A DNA stretch of 64,000 bases from an uncultured delta proteobacterium (GTDB taxonomy: Bacteria; Myxococcota_A; Polyangia; Polyangiales; B10-G4), in NCBI GenBank assembly GCA_963727445.1, contig CAVSGI010000025.1, positions 42,041 through 106,040 on the forward strand, given 5' to 3'. Position 1 is the first letter of the stretch, and each line of letters begins with the position of its first letter. This document shows, one piece after another, positions 34,183 to 43,203 of this stretch. A model generated the notes under the pieces. That model was not told where the DNA came from. It did not search any database and saw nothing but the letters and a program-made list of their open reading frames with translations. Made by a program: the position numbers and the translations under genes.

Positions 34183-34509
34183 TCAACGATGGATCATCCG
34201 CCAGAGGGTGGCGGCGGCGTGATCGAAATGGTCCTCGGCCGATGTGCTCTCTGCCGCCCCGAGGTAGCCCCACGCCACAGCGATGCGAAGCGCCTGCCTC
34301 GCCTCCCTCGCAGAGTTCATCGCGACGGAGAGGCGTTCAGGCCGATGGCCTTTTCGCCCCCACTCGCCCTCGGCGGCGTTCAGCGCCGCCGAGCTGGCGG
34401 CCCGCCGCAGCTGCGACGCGAGGTCGCGGTCTTCGTCTTGGATGGCCTCGGCGAGGGGCCGCGTGGCCTCGATGGCCTCGAGGAGGATGTCGTGTACCAG
34501 CTTGCTCAT
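34183..34509 (-). CDS. Four-helix-bundle protein (second, divergent)
   Basis: DLASQLRRAASSAALNAAEG, AMNSARE, AWGYL motifs; AAGGAG RBS. Confidence 0.88.
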   Translation of the reverse strand: MSKLVHDILLEAIEATRPLAEAIQDEDRDLASQLRRAASSAALNAAEGEWGRKGHRPERLSVAMNSAREARQALRIAVAWGYLGAAESTSAEDHFDHAAATLWRMIHR

Positions 34510-34511
34510 GA

Positions 34512-34590
34512 GGTGTCGCTCCTTCCGCCCGCGTCAGGGGGCTTTGCCCCGCCCGAAGGGCCCCCTGACGCGGGCGGGAGGAGCGACACC
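34512..34590 (-). promoter_or_regulatory. 31-bp inverted repeat (one mismatch) covering the RBS of four-helix-bundle gene 2
   Basis: Arms at 34512-34542 and 34560-34590. Confidence 0.85.
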
Positions 34591-34597
34591 GATGGGT

Positions 34598-34705
34598 CCA
34601 CTCCCACTCCCACTCCCACTCCCACTCCCACTCCCACTCCCACTCCCACTCCCACTCCCACTCCCACTCCCACTCCCACTCCCACTCCCACTCCCACTCC
34701 CACTC
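34598..34705 (-). repeat. Hexamer tandem tract 2, (CCACTC)18, read as (GGGAGT)n on the minus strand
   Basis: Perfect 108-bp tandem repeat. Confidence 0.97.
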
Positions 34706-34740
34706 TTCGGACCCGAGCGCAGCGAAGGGGGGCAGAACGT

Positions 34741-34908
34741 GGGAACGGGAACGGGAACGGGAGTGGGAACGGGAACGGGAACGGGAACGGGAACGTGAAC
34801 GTGAACGGGAGCGTGAGCGGGAACGGGAACGGGAACGGGAACGGGAACGGGAACGGGAACGGGAACGGGAACGGGAGTGGGAACGGGAGCGGGAACGGGA
34901 ACGGGAGG
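34741..34908 (+). repeat. Hexamer tandem tract 3, about 28 x GGGAAC with GGGAGT/GTGAAC/GGGAGC/GTGAGC variants
   Basis: Units in register from 34741; ends 4 nt before the stop of the upstream minus-strand gene. Confidence 0.97.
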
Positions 34909-34912
34909 GCGA

Positions 34913-36880
34913 TTACTCTGGGTCGCAGGGGCCGTCGCAGGTCTGTTCGACCATGCCGTCGGGGCGCAGGAAGCGGTCGAGCTGCTCCTGGCTCGCGGCG
35001 AGGCGCCGGACGCCTTCGTGTACTTCGTTGTCCTCCGGGATCAGCATCTCGTCGGTGGGCGCGACGCCGAAGTCGAACTCCTCGATCGTCGCCGGGCCGT
35101 CGTAGGGCGCGGTGACGTCCTCGAGGCCGGTGATGGGGCGCGGCGCGGGCGTCAGGTGGGCGGCGCCGACGGCGCGCGCGTGGAGGTGCGCGGCGAGGTT
35201 CGTCACCTGGGCGTCGTTGACGCCAATCTGCATCAACACGCGCCGGCCGGCCGGCGTGCCGGGATAGGGGTCCGTCACCAGGTGGCTCGAATAGCTCAGC
35301 GGGTCGATGCGATCGAACTCGAGCTGCGCGAGGAGCTGGACCTTCTGGCGTTCGAAGGCGTCGTTGGCGACGGCCGCGAGGATGGCGAGGAAGGGGAAGA
35401 AGGGACGCGCGCGAAACATCATCAGACTGAAGTTCGCGCCGCCGACGCCGAGCACCGCGCGGTCGATGTCGGGTGACAGAGCGACGAAGGTGCCGCCGAG
35501 GATGTGGCCCTGGCTGTTGCCCCAGTAGTAGACCTCGGCGGGCTCGTAGACGAGCTCGCCGCCGATGATCAGCTCGGGCAGCGTCGTGAGCGTCGTGCGG
35601 ATCGCGTGCGCGACCGCCATGAAGTTCGCCATGCCCTGATGCACACGGTCCGTGAACTTCATCGTCTGCGTCGGCTCGCCGGCGAGGGAGATCCCGAGCT
35701 GCTGTCCGTCGGGCTGAGTCATCCCCCACCAGTCGGTGAAGAAGAGGACGAAGCCGCGGTCGTCCGCGACCTCGTGGATGGTGTTCTGCACCGCCTCCTC
35801 ACGCGATCCGAAGAAGCCGTGCCCGTACATGAGCGCCCGCGCCGGCGGATCCGTCATGGGATCGCGCGCGGCGACGCTTCGCGGGATCAGGATGGTGAAA
35901 GGCACCTCGGCGGTCCCATTCGCCACCACCGCGCCGCTGCCGTCGCGGTTCAGCGTCGACTCCACCTCGATCGAGTCGACGTAGAGCGGCACGGTGATCG
36001 TCGCCTCGATGCGCCGGAACGCGGTGTCGCTGTAGTCGTCCGTCACCTCGGTGACGGTGACGGCGGGCGGATCCGTTTCCATCCGGCTCACGAGGTCGTT
36101 GCGCACCCCGACCATGTCGCCGATGGTGTTGTCCTCGCTGCGCACCGTGAAGTCCCAGGCGAGGATCAGCTCCGCCCGCGCGACGCCCGCTGCCACCAAC
36201 GGGGCGAACACGTCGTCTTCGTAGCGGGCCGCGAGGCCCTCGAGCGCCGCGCTCTCGGGCGTCTCTCCGTCGCGGAGCTGGCGGAAGCCCTCCGGCACGG
36301 GAAGCGGATTGCCGTCGACGTCGTCGAGGCCGCGGATCGCGGCCACGTACCGATGCCCCCACGCGAGCGGCACCATCGGCCGGATGTAGAGAAGGCGCTT
36401 CTGGACCGGCGCGGTCGGATCGATCTCGGCGAAGTGGAGCACGCGCTCGCCGGTGTCGGCATCGAGGAGCACGGTGGGGCTCGCGTCGCCGAGGGACTCC
36501 GTGACGTCGTCCGTGTGAAAGACGAGGGGCGCGTCGTCGACGTTCACCGGGAAGCGGATCATCAGCGGCGAGCCCGGCGAAAAGCCGTCGTGGACGTGGA
36601 GCGCCGCGACGTCGACCGGCCCGGCGTTCGCGTGCAGCTGCGCCGGCTCCGGCAGCGTGACCTGGCCGCCGGTCAGGAAGAAGTCGGAGGGGAAGGGCAG
36701 GAGGCAGTCCCAGTCGGCGGCGAGGGGGTTACAGCTGGGGTCCGGCGGCGGGACGGAGGTGTCCGCGTCGGCCGCGTCCATCGCCGCATCCATCGCGGCG
36801 TCGGCGCTCCCGTCGTCCCCACAAGCGGCGGCGGCCGTGAGTCCGACGAGCAGCAGCAGAAGCGCGCGGCGTTCGTTCAC
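34913..36880 (-). CDS. Lipoprotein with alpha/beta-hydrolase-like domain
   Basis: Lipobox AAAC, YGHGFFG, GNSQG nucleophile elbow. Confidence 0.8.
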   Translation of the reverse strand: MNERRALLLLLVGLTAAAACGDDGSADAAMDAAMDAADADTSVPPPDPSCNPLAADWDCLLPFPSDFFLTGGQVTLPEPAQLHANAGPVDVAALHVHDGFSPGSPLMIRFPVNVDDAPLVFHTDDVTESLGDASPTVLLDADTGERVLHFAEIDPTAPVQKRLLYIRPMVPLAWGHRYVAAIRGLDDVDGNPLPVPEGFRQLRDGETPESAALEGLAARYEDDVFAPLVAAGVARAELILAWDFTVRSEDNTIGDMVGVRNDLVSRMETDPPAVTVTEVTDDYSDTAFRRIEATITVPLYVDSIEVESTLNRDGSGAVVANGTAEVPFTILIPRSVAARDPMTDPPARALMYGHGFFGSREEAVQNTIHEVADDRGFVLFFTDWWGMTQPDGQQLGISLAGEPTQTMKFTDRVHQGMANFMAVAHAIRTTLTTLPELIIGGELVYEPAEVYYWGNSQGHILGGTFVALSPDIDRAVLGVGGANFSLMMFRARPFFPFLAILAAVANDAFERQKVQLLAQLEFDRIDPLSYSSHLVTDPYPGTPAGRRVLMQIGVNDAQVTNLAAHLHARAVGAAHLTPAPRPITGLEDVTAPYDGPATIEEFDFGVAPTDEMLIPEDNEVHEGVRRLAASQEQLDRFLRPDGMVEQTCDGPCDPE

Positions 36881-37527
36881 GGCGCCGGCGGCAACACGCT
36901 CGCGCCCAACACGCTTCGCACCTTGCCGATGATCAGGTCGAGGGCGACCTCGTTCTCCCCGCCCTCGGGGAGGATGACGTCGGCCCAGCGCTTCGACGGC
37001 TCCACGAACATCAGGTGCATCGGGCGCACGGTCTCGTAGTACTGCTCGCGGATCGAGCCGAAGTCGCGACCGCGGTGCTCGATGTCGCGCCGGATGCGCC
37101 GAAACACACGGATGTCGGCGTCCGTATCGACGAAGATCTTCAGGTCGAAGAGGTCGCGAAGCCGCGCGTCGACGAAGGTGAGGATCCCCTCCACCACGAT
37201 CACCGGCGTCGGGTGGGCGATGACGGTCTCCTCCTTCCGGCGGTGGGTGGTGAAGTCGTAGATCGGGACCTCGACCTCGTTGCCCTGCTTGAGCGCCATC
37301 AGGTGGGAGATGAGGAGCGGCGTCTCGAGGGAGTCCGGGTGGTCGAAGTTGAGGTGCGAGCGCTCCTCCTCGCTCAGCTCCGGACGGTCCCGGTAGTAGC
37401 TGTCGTATTCGACGATGGTGACGTGCTCGGCTGGCACCGCCGCCGCCACCCGATGGGCGACGGTGGTCTTGCCCGATCCGGTACCACCCGCGATCCCGAT
37501 GACGAAGGGCCTCTCCCGCACCCCCAT
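36877..37527 (-). CDS. udk: Uridine kinase
   Basis: GIAGGTGSGKTT, DSYY, NFDHP, VEGIL, RPMHLMFVEPSK motifs. Confidence 0.96.
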   Translation of the reverse strand: MGVRERPFVIGIAGGTGSGKTTVAHRVAAAVPAEHVTIVEYDSYYRDRPELSEEERSHLNFDHPDSLETPLLISHLMALKQGNEVEVPIYDFTTHRRKEETVIAHPTPVIVVEGILTFVDARLRDLFDLKIFVDTDADIRVFRRIRRDIEHRGRDFGSIREQYYETVRPMHLMFVEPSKRWADVILPEGGENEVALDLIIGKVRSVLGASVLPPAP

Positions 37528-37577
37528 CGAGTAGCCGTTTTCTTGCCGCCGATCCAGCGCCCTGTCAGCGTCGACCC

Positions 37578-38120
37578 ATGCGCGCCTCGTCGTTGAGCCT
37601 CCTTTTGCCCCTCGCCCTCGCCGGCTGCCTCTTTCAGAACCTGAGCCCCGGGACGAAGCTCCGGGAGGCCGTCCAGGACGGCAACGAAGCCGCGCGCTGG
37701 GGCCGCCTGGACATCGCGATGGAGAAGGTGGCCCCCGGCTACGTCCGGGAGTACGCCCGCCGCCATCACGACTGGGGGTCGGGCATCCAGATGGCCGACG
37801 TCGAGATCCTCCGGATGCAGATGGCCGATGACGAGAAGAAGGCGACCGTGGTCGTGGCCTTCGGCTGGTACGACTACGACACCATGACCCTGGAGCGCAC
37901 GGTCGTGCGCCAGAAGTGGAACAGCCTCAGCGCTGGCGGCTTCGTCCTCGCGGAAGAGGAGGTCATCGACGGCAACGAGCGCCTCCTCGAGCCGCCAGAG
38001 GATCCGGAAGAAGAGGAAGCGGCGCCCGAGGAGAGCGACGAAGAGGAGATCGCCGCCACGGGTCACGAGCGCAGCGACGAGTGGGTCGAAGGCGAGGGCG
38101 AGCTCGCCCGCGCTCCCTGA
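37578..38120 (+). CDS. Hypothetical lipoprotein
   Basis: Lipobox LAGC, acidic tail. Confidence 0.75.
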   Translation: MRASSLSLLLPLALAGCLFQNLSPGTKLREAVQDGNEAARWGRLDIAMEKVAPGYVREYARRHHDWGSGIQMADVEILRMQMADDEKKATVVVAFGWYDYDTMTLERTVVRQKWNSLSAGGFVLAEEEVIDGNERLLEPPEDPEEEEAAPEESDEEEIAATGHERSDEWVEGEGELARAP

Positions 38121-38132
38121 CCCGTTAGTGCC

Positions 38133-38567
38133 TCACTCTGCGGGCGACTCCCAGTTGCTCATCGCGCCGAGCAGGTGCACGTCGGTGTAACCGGCGTCGC
38201 GGAGCATCTGCGCTGCGCGCGGGCTGCCGCCCCCGCCGTAGCAGTAGACGACGATGGGACGATCGCGCGGGATCTCGTCCATCCGCGCTTCGAGCTCGTT
38301 CATCGGGATGTTGGTGCTGCCCGGGAGCCCCGACTCCGCGCTGTGCCCCGCCATCGTGACGTCCAGGAGGAACGCGCCGTCGGCCACGAGCTGCTGCGCC
38401 TCGGCCCCGTCGATGTCGGGCGCCGGGAGCGCCTCACCGCCGCTGCTCTGCGCGCCGCCGCTCTGCTGGGCGCCACCGCTCGTCGCCCCGACCTCACCAT
38501 CGTCCTCGGCCGCCCCACCGCCGCAAGCGACGAGGAGGGCCAGCATCAATCCGATCAGAATTCGCAT
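38133..38567 (-). CDS. Rhodanese-domain lipoprotein
   Basis: Lipobox LVAC; FLLDV, NIPM, IVVYCYGGGGS active-site loop. Confidence 0.85.
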   Translation of the reverse strand: MRILIGLMLALLVACGGGAAEDDGEVGATSGGAQQSGGAQSSGGEALPAPDIDGAEAQQLVADGAFLLDVTMAGHSAESGLPGSTNIPMNELEARMDEIPRDRPIVVYCYGGGGSPRAAQMLRDAGYTDVHLLGAMSNWESPAE

Positions 38568-39648
38568 GGCCTCGCACATAAGCACATCGGCGCGAGACCA
38601 CGTCGCTCACTATCGTGATCTTGATGGTCGTCTTCTCGGTGCGGCGCAGCGGCTCGATGCCGATGGCGCTCCGTACCCGGCGCATGGTGCGCTCGGCGAT
38701 GGCGCGCGCCTTCACGGCGCCGGTGTCGAGGATGTCGTCGAGGACCTCGGGCTCGCGGCGGAGCTGCTCGAACTTGTCGCGCAGCGGCCCAATCTCCGTC
38801 TCGAGAGCCTGGTACAGGTCCTCCTTGGCGTGCCCCCAGCCGTAGCCGCCCGCGCGGAGCTCGTCGGCCATCTCCTTCGCCTTCGCTTCGGTCGCGACCA
38901 GTTTGTAGAGCTCGTACACCGTCGAGCCCTCGGGCTCCTTCGGCTCTTCGAGCGACTCCGAGCCGGTCTTGATGCCCATCACGCCCTTGCGCAGCTTCTT
39001 CGGCGGATCGAAGAGCGGGATGTGGTTGCCCAGGCTCTTCGACATCTTCTGTCCGTCGGTGCCCGGGACCAGGGGCGCTTCGGTGATGCGCTCCTCCGGC
39101 ACCACCACCGTGCCCTCGCCGAAGTGATGGTTGAGCCGGGCCGCGACGTCGCGGGTGATCTCGATGTGCTGCTTCTGATCCTTGCCGACCGGCACCACGT
39201 CGGTGTCGTACAGGACGATGTCCGCCGCCATCAGCAGCGGGTAGTTGAAGAGCCCGGCGTTCGGCTTGGCGCCCTTCGCCAGCGCGTCCTTGTAGGCGTG
39301 GCTCCGCTCGAGCTGCCCCACGTGAAAGAGGCACCCGAAGATCCAGGCGAGCTCGAAGACCTGCACCACGTCGGACTGGCGAAAGAGGATGGTCTCGTTC
39401 GGGTCGAGGCCGCAGGCCAGCCAGCTCGCGGCGACGTCGTGGACGTACTTTCGCATCTTGGCGGCGTCGTGCACCGAGGTGAGCGCGTGATAGTCGGCGA
39501 TGAAGTAGAGGGTCCGGTACTCGCCCGCCATCCGGAGCGCCGGCCGAATGGCGCCGAGGTAGTTGCCGATGTGGGGCAGGTGGGTCGGCTTGATCCCCGT
39601 GAGCGAGGTCTTCTTACGTGCGCCCCCCTCGGGCGTCTTGTCGTTCAT
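38494..39648 (-). CDS. trpS: Tryptophan--tRNA ligase with abnormal C-terminal extension
   Basis: [28 protein letters not shown] motifs; no stop after ...VRSAIGI. Confidence 0.95.
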   Translation of the reverse strand: MNDKTPEGGARKKTSLTGIKPTHLPHIGNYLGAIRPALRMAGEYRTLYFIADYHALTSVHDAAKMRKYVHDVAASWLACGLDPNETILFRQSDVVQVFELAWIFGCLFHVGQLERSHAYKDALAKGAKPNAGLFNYPLLMAADIVLYDTDVVPVGKDQKQHIEITRDVAARLNHHFGEGTVVVPEERITEAPLVPGTDGQKMSKSLGNHIPLFDPPKKLRKGVMGIKTGSESLEEPKEPEGSTVYELYKLVATEAKAKEMADELRAGGYGWGHAKEDLYQALETEIGPLRDKFEQLRREPEVLDDILDTGAVKARAIAERTMRRVRSAIGIEPLRRTEKTTIKITIVSDVVSRRCAYVRGHANSDRIDAGPPRRLRRWGGRGRW

Positions 39649-39677
39649 GGGGCCGAAGCCTGCTACGTTCCGCGCCC

Positions 39678-40142
39678 ATGAGCGAGCGTCCTTTTCGAAT
39701 CCTGGGCATTCAGCAGATCGCCGTCGGCGGGCGGGACAAAGCGCGCCTGAGAAAGCTCTGGGTCGAGGTGCTGGGCCTGAAGCCCGAGGGAACCTTCCGG
39801 AGTGAGAGGGAAAACGTGGACGAGGACATCGTCGCCCTCGGCAGCGGAGCCCACCGGGTCGAGGTCGACCTGATGCAGCCCATCGATCCGGACCACAAGC
39901 CGAAGGTTCACGAGCCGGCGCTGAACCACGTCGGTCTCTGGGTGGACGATCTCGAAAAGGCGGTGGCCTGGCTCGAGGCCGAAGGGGTGCGCTTCACGCC
40001 GGGCGGCATCCGCCCGGGCGCCGCGGGTCACGACGTCTGCTTCATTCATCCCAAGGGAAACGAAGCCTCCCCGATCGGGGGCGAAGGCGTGCTGATCGAG
40101 CTGGTTCAGGCGCCACAGGACGTGATCGCCGCCCTCGGCTGA
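39678..40142 (+). CDS. VOC/glyoxalase-family protein (methylmalonyl-CoA epimerase-like)
   Basis: [31 protein letters not shown] motifs. Confidence 0.85.
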   Translation: MSERPFRILGIQQIAVGGRDKARLRKLWVEVLGLKPEGTFRSERENVDEDIVALGSGAHRVEVDLMQPIDPDHKPKVHEPALNHVGLWVDDLEKAVAWLEAEGVRFTPGGIRPGAAGHDVCFIHPKGNEASPIGGEGVLIELVQAPQDVIAALG

Positions 40143-40174
40143 CCGATCCTTGCTCCGCCAGGCGTCGCGCTTAG

Positions 40175-40822
40175 ATGACGCTTGGAGTCATGAGTTACCA
40201 AGAGCTGATCGACGCGGTACAGGACCACGCGGGGCTCGCTTCTCGGAGCGAGGCTCAAACGACGACGCTGGCCGTCTTTCGAACGATCGCCCGGCGCGTG
40301 CTGCCAGGCGATCGCCGTATCGTCCGTGCGCTCCTCCCCGATGAGCTGCAGGAAGCGTTCAACGGGCAGGGGGCATCGGAAGACGCCACCATCGAGGCGG
40401 TGGTTCGCGAGGTCGCGGCGCACGAAGGCATCGCGGCGGGCTTCGGTCGGGAGCACCTGGTGGTGGTCGGCGCGGCCGCGGCGAGGGTGCTGCATCCCGA
40501 CGCCATCACCGCGCTTCGCACGCACCTGCCCGACGAGCTGGCCGCGCTCTTCGAACGGAGCGTCCCACGGCGCATCCCGCGGCCGACGCCCACCGCGAGC
40601 CCGCGCGCCGGGCGGCGGTTCTCCGAGGCAAAAGACGGCAGCCGCCATCTCGCCGAGGCGCGACCGGGCAGCGGTCATCCGCTCGCGGAGTCCAAGCCCG
40701 AGCGTGCGCACCACGACTCCGTGGCGCGCACCGACAATCCACACGGCGACACCAAGCTCTCGACGACCGGGGGCATGACGCAGAGCCGTGCACACGAGAC
40801 CCTGAGCGAAGGCAAAGAGTGA
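40175..40822 (+). CDS. DUF2267-like protein
   Basis: Tandem helical repeats ending ...LPDEL; typical spacing. Confidence 0.65.
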   Translation: MTLGVMSYQELIDAVQDHAGLASRSEAQTTTLAVFRTIARRVLPGDRRIVRALLPDELQEAFNGQGASEDATIEAVVREVAAHEGIAAGFGREHLVVVGAAAARVLHPDAITALRTHLPDELAALFERSVPRRIPRPTPTASPRAGRRFSEAKDGSRHLAEARPGSGHPLAESKPERAHHDSVARTDNPHGDTKLSTTGGMTQSRAHETLSEGKE

Positions 40823-40832
40823 GGAGGCGTCG

Positions 40833-41609
40833 ATGAAGATCCGCGAGCTGATGAGCCGTAATCCGACGACGGTTGGCGAAACGGAGGATCTCGCCACCGC
40901 GCTCCAGGTCATGTTGTGGACCGGCGCGCGTCACCTTCCGGTCGTCCGCGAGGGACGTCTGGTCGGCGTGCTCAGTCATCACGACTTGATCGCCCACCGG
41001 ACCCCCGGCGGAGGTCTACGCCTCGAAGGACGTCGCGTGGGAGATGTGATGACGTCGCCCGCGGTGTCGGCCACCGTCGACGAGACGCTGGAGACCGCGG
41101 CGGCGAAGATGAGCGTCGATCGCCTCGGCTGCCTGCCGATCCTCGACGGAGACGAGCTCGTCGGGATCGTCACCATCACCGACCTGTTGGCCCAGCTGGC
41201 CACCGACGTGCTCGAGTTCGAGCCGGTCGATCGCACGGCGAAGGACGTCATGACCCCCGACCCGGTCTACACGGATCGGGATCAGTCCCTCAGCGCCGCG
41301 GCCGAGCTCATGTTCGAGCGGCGCATCCGCCACCTGCCGGTGATCGACGAGGGCCGCCGCGTGATCGGCATGCTGAGCGACCGCGACGTCCGCTCCGCCT
41401 TCGGCAACCCGCTGCTCTCGAGCCTGAGGTCGAAGCTGCGCGTCGAAGACGCGATGACCCACGTCGCCAGCGTCGCCAGCCCGAACGACTCGGTCTCGAC
41501 CCTCAAGAGCATCTTCCTCGACACCCGCGTCGGCGCCGTCCCCGTCGTCGACGCCGACGAGAAGCTCCTCGGCATCGTCAGCTACATCGACGTCCTGCGG
41601 GAGTTCTGA
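40833..41609 (+). CDS. CBS-domain protein (four CBS repeats)
   Basis: RHLPVV, GCLPIL, RHLPVI and GAVPVV repeats. Confidence 0.92.
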   Translation: MKIRELMSRNPTTVGETEDLATALQVMLWTGARHLPVVREGRLVGVLSHHDLIAHRTPGGGLRLEGRRVGDVMTSPAVSATVDETLETAAAKMSVDRLGCLPILDGDELVGIVTITDLLAQLATDVLEFEPVDRTAKDVMTPDPVYTDRDQSLSAAAELMFERRIRHLPVIDEGRRVIGMLSDRDVRSAFGNPLLSSLRSKLRVEDAMTHVASVASPNDSVSTLKSIFLDTRVGAVPVVDADEKLLGIVSYIDVLREF

Positions 41610-41658
41610 GCGAGAGGTCACCACTATCGCTTTGTGCCCGGCCAGGGGACACTGAGTG

Positions 41659-41928
41659 ATGCCGGAAGCACGACTCCCCGATCTGCTGCGCGAACTTCAC
41701 GACGAGCTGGAGGGCGACAGTCCGCTCGACGACGAGACGAAGGCTCTGTTGCGCGAGACGCGGCTCGAGATCGAGGACGCGCTCTTGGACGACCAGAAGC
41801 TCGCTGCGGTGGCTCCGAGCGCCCGCTCGCGCATGGAGGAAGCCATCGAGCGCTTCGAAGATCGTCACCCCGACGGCATCAGGCTGCTCAACCGAATCCT
41901 CGAGGCGCTCTCACACGTGGGCATCTAG
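41659..41928 (+). CDS. DUF4404-like small protein
   Basis: FEDRHP...LSHVGI C-terminus. Confidence 0.75.
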   Translation: MPEARLPDLLRELHDELEGDSPLDDETKALLRETRLEIEDALLDDQKLAAVAPSARSRMEEAIERFEDRHPDGIRLLNRILEALSHVGI

Positions 41929-43022
41929 AACCGATACGCCACGCGCAGGGCGCCGCCCACGGTCGCGGCGCCGGCGCTGATGTACATCACCTCGGCGATC
42001 GCCGCTTCGAGGTGAAGCTCGCCGGTGACCCGCCAGGTCACGGTGGGCGCGCCGCGGAGCATGAAGGAGGGCGAGTTGTTCCCCGTCACCGGCTGGAAGA
42101 GGCCCAGCTCGACGCTGACGCCGATGAAGAGAGGGAAGTCTTTGAAGAAGCTGTGCAGGTACGCGCCGCCGAGGCCGATGGCGAAGCCGCTCGAGGAGCC
42201 GCCGAACCCGTCGATGGCCGCGCGCAGCTCGAGGCCGGGGACGCCCTCGATGGTGTAGCCGAGTCGCGCGGAGAGCCCCCAGATGAGCCCGCCCGTCGCG
42301 CCCGCGGGGGCCGCGACGATGGGTCGCACGTCGACGCCCGCGCTCAACATCCAGCGCGTGTCGCGCTGCCCGTATTGTTCCCGTCCGTTCCACGACGCCT
42401 GACGCTGGCGCTCCTCTTCGGCGGCGCGCTCGCGCTCGCGGGCGAGGAACTCCTCGCGGGCGGCCGCCTCGCGCGCGCGCTCCTCCTCGGCCTGTTGCGC
42501 CTGGCGCTCCTCTTCTTCGCGGCGCGCCGCCTCCGCCGCTTCGTCGGCGCCGGCGGGCTCCTCGGTCAGTCGCACCACGTCGTCGGCCACGCCCTCGGGC
42601 CTGAGCATCGCGCCGAGCACGTCCTGAAGCCGCGCCGCCTCGGTCTCGCCGCCGAGCACCGTCACCTCGAGCTCCTCGACGCGGCCATCCGAGGCCTGGC
42701 CCACCACCAGCTTCAGTCGATACATGGCGCTGCTGCCGTCGACCGTGGGGATCACCACCCATTGGGCGTGATCCATCTCGGCGATGGCCCGCATCTCGTT
42801 GCCGGTCTCCGGAGGAGGGGCCGAGATGGCCATGGACTCGCTCATCGGCTGGTTGCCCTGGCTGATGAGGGCGTCGGCCAGCGCCTCCTCGACGTGGTCG
42901 AGGAGCTCCTCGTTGTCGCTGCCGGTGGGCGGGAAGAGAACCACCTGGTCCGCTGCTGCGGCGGCCGGAGCGGAGAGGATGAGGAGGGCCAGGACGAGGG
43001 CCGTGAACGAATGTGGGCGCAT
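41925..43022 (-). CDS. Secreted protein with coiled coil and outer-membrane beta-barrel-like C-terminus
   Basis: Signal peptide; amphipathic strands; terminal LRVAYRF. Confidence 0.7.
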   Translation of the reverse strand: MRPHSFTALVLALLILSAPAAAAADQVVLFPPTGSDNEELLDHVEEALADALISQGNQPMSESMAISAPPPETGNEMRAIAEMDHAQWVVIPTVDGSSAMYRLKLVVGQASDGRVEELEVTVLGGETEAARLQDVLGAMLRPEGVADDVVRLTEEPAGADEAAEAARREEEERQAQQAEEERAREAAAREEFLARERERAAEEERQRQASWNGREQYGQRDTRWMLSAGVDVRPIVAAPAGATGGLIWGLSARLGYTIEGVPGLELRAAIDGFGGSSSGFAIGLGGAYLHSFFKDFPLFIGVSVELGLFQPVTGNNSPSFMLRGAPTVTWRVTGELHLEAAIAEVMYISAGAATVGGALRVAYRF

Positions 43023-43203
43023 CAAGGGGCGGATCCGAGAACCAGGGTTCACGAACAAACCACGATTGTCAGGGGTTCTACCGCAAATGGGACGGATGAC
43101 AGCAAGGAATGATCCAGGGCCAGGCGTCGAGACTCCTCCGCCGCCAGCCCTTCTGGAGCCCGTTGTGGGGACCTCTGGGCGTGGGTGCTATGCTCCGCCG
43201 GCC

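Noticed and set aside
33814..34509. 23S rRNA intervening sequence
   Set aside because: The flanks are protein-coding genes; no rRNA sequence is present.
34138..35729. ORFs with PT/NG/PF/VG dipeptide runs (34138..35115, 34283..34798, 34506..35729; also 32353..34089)
   Set aside because: These are stop-free read-through of the hexamer tracts and overlap better-supported genes.
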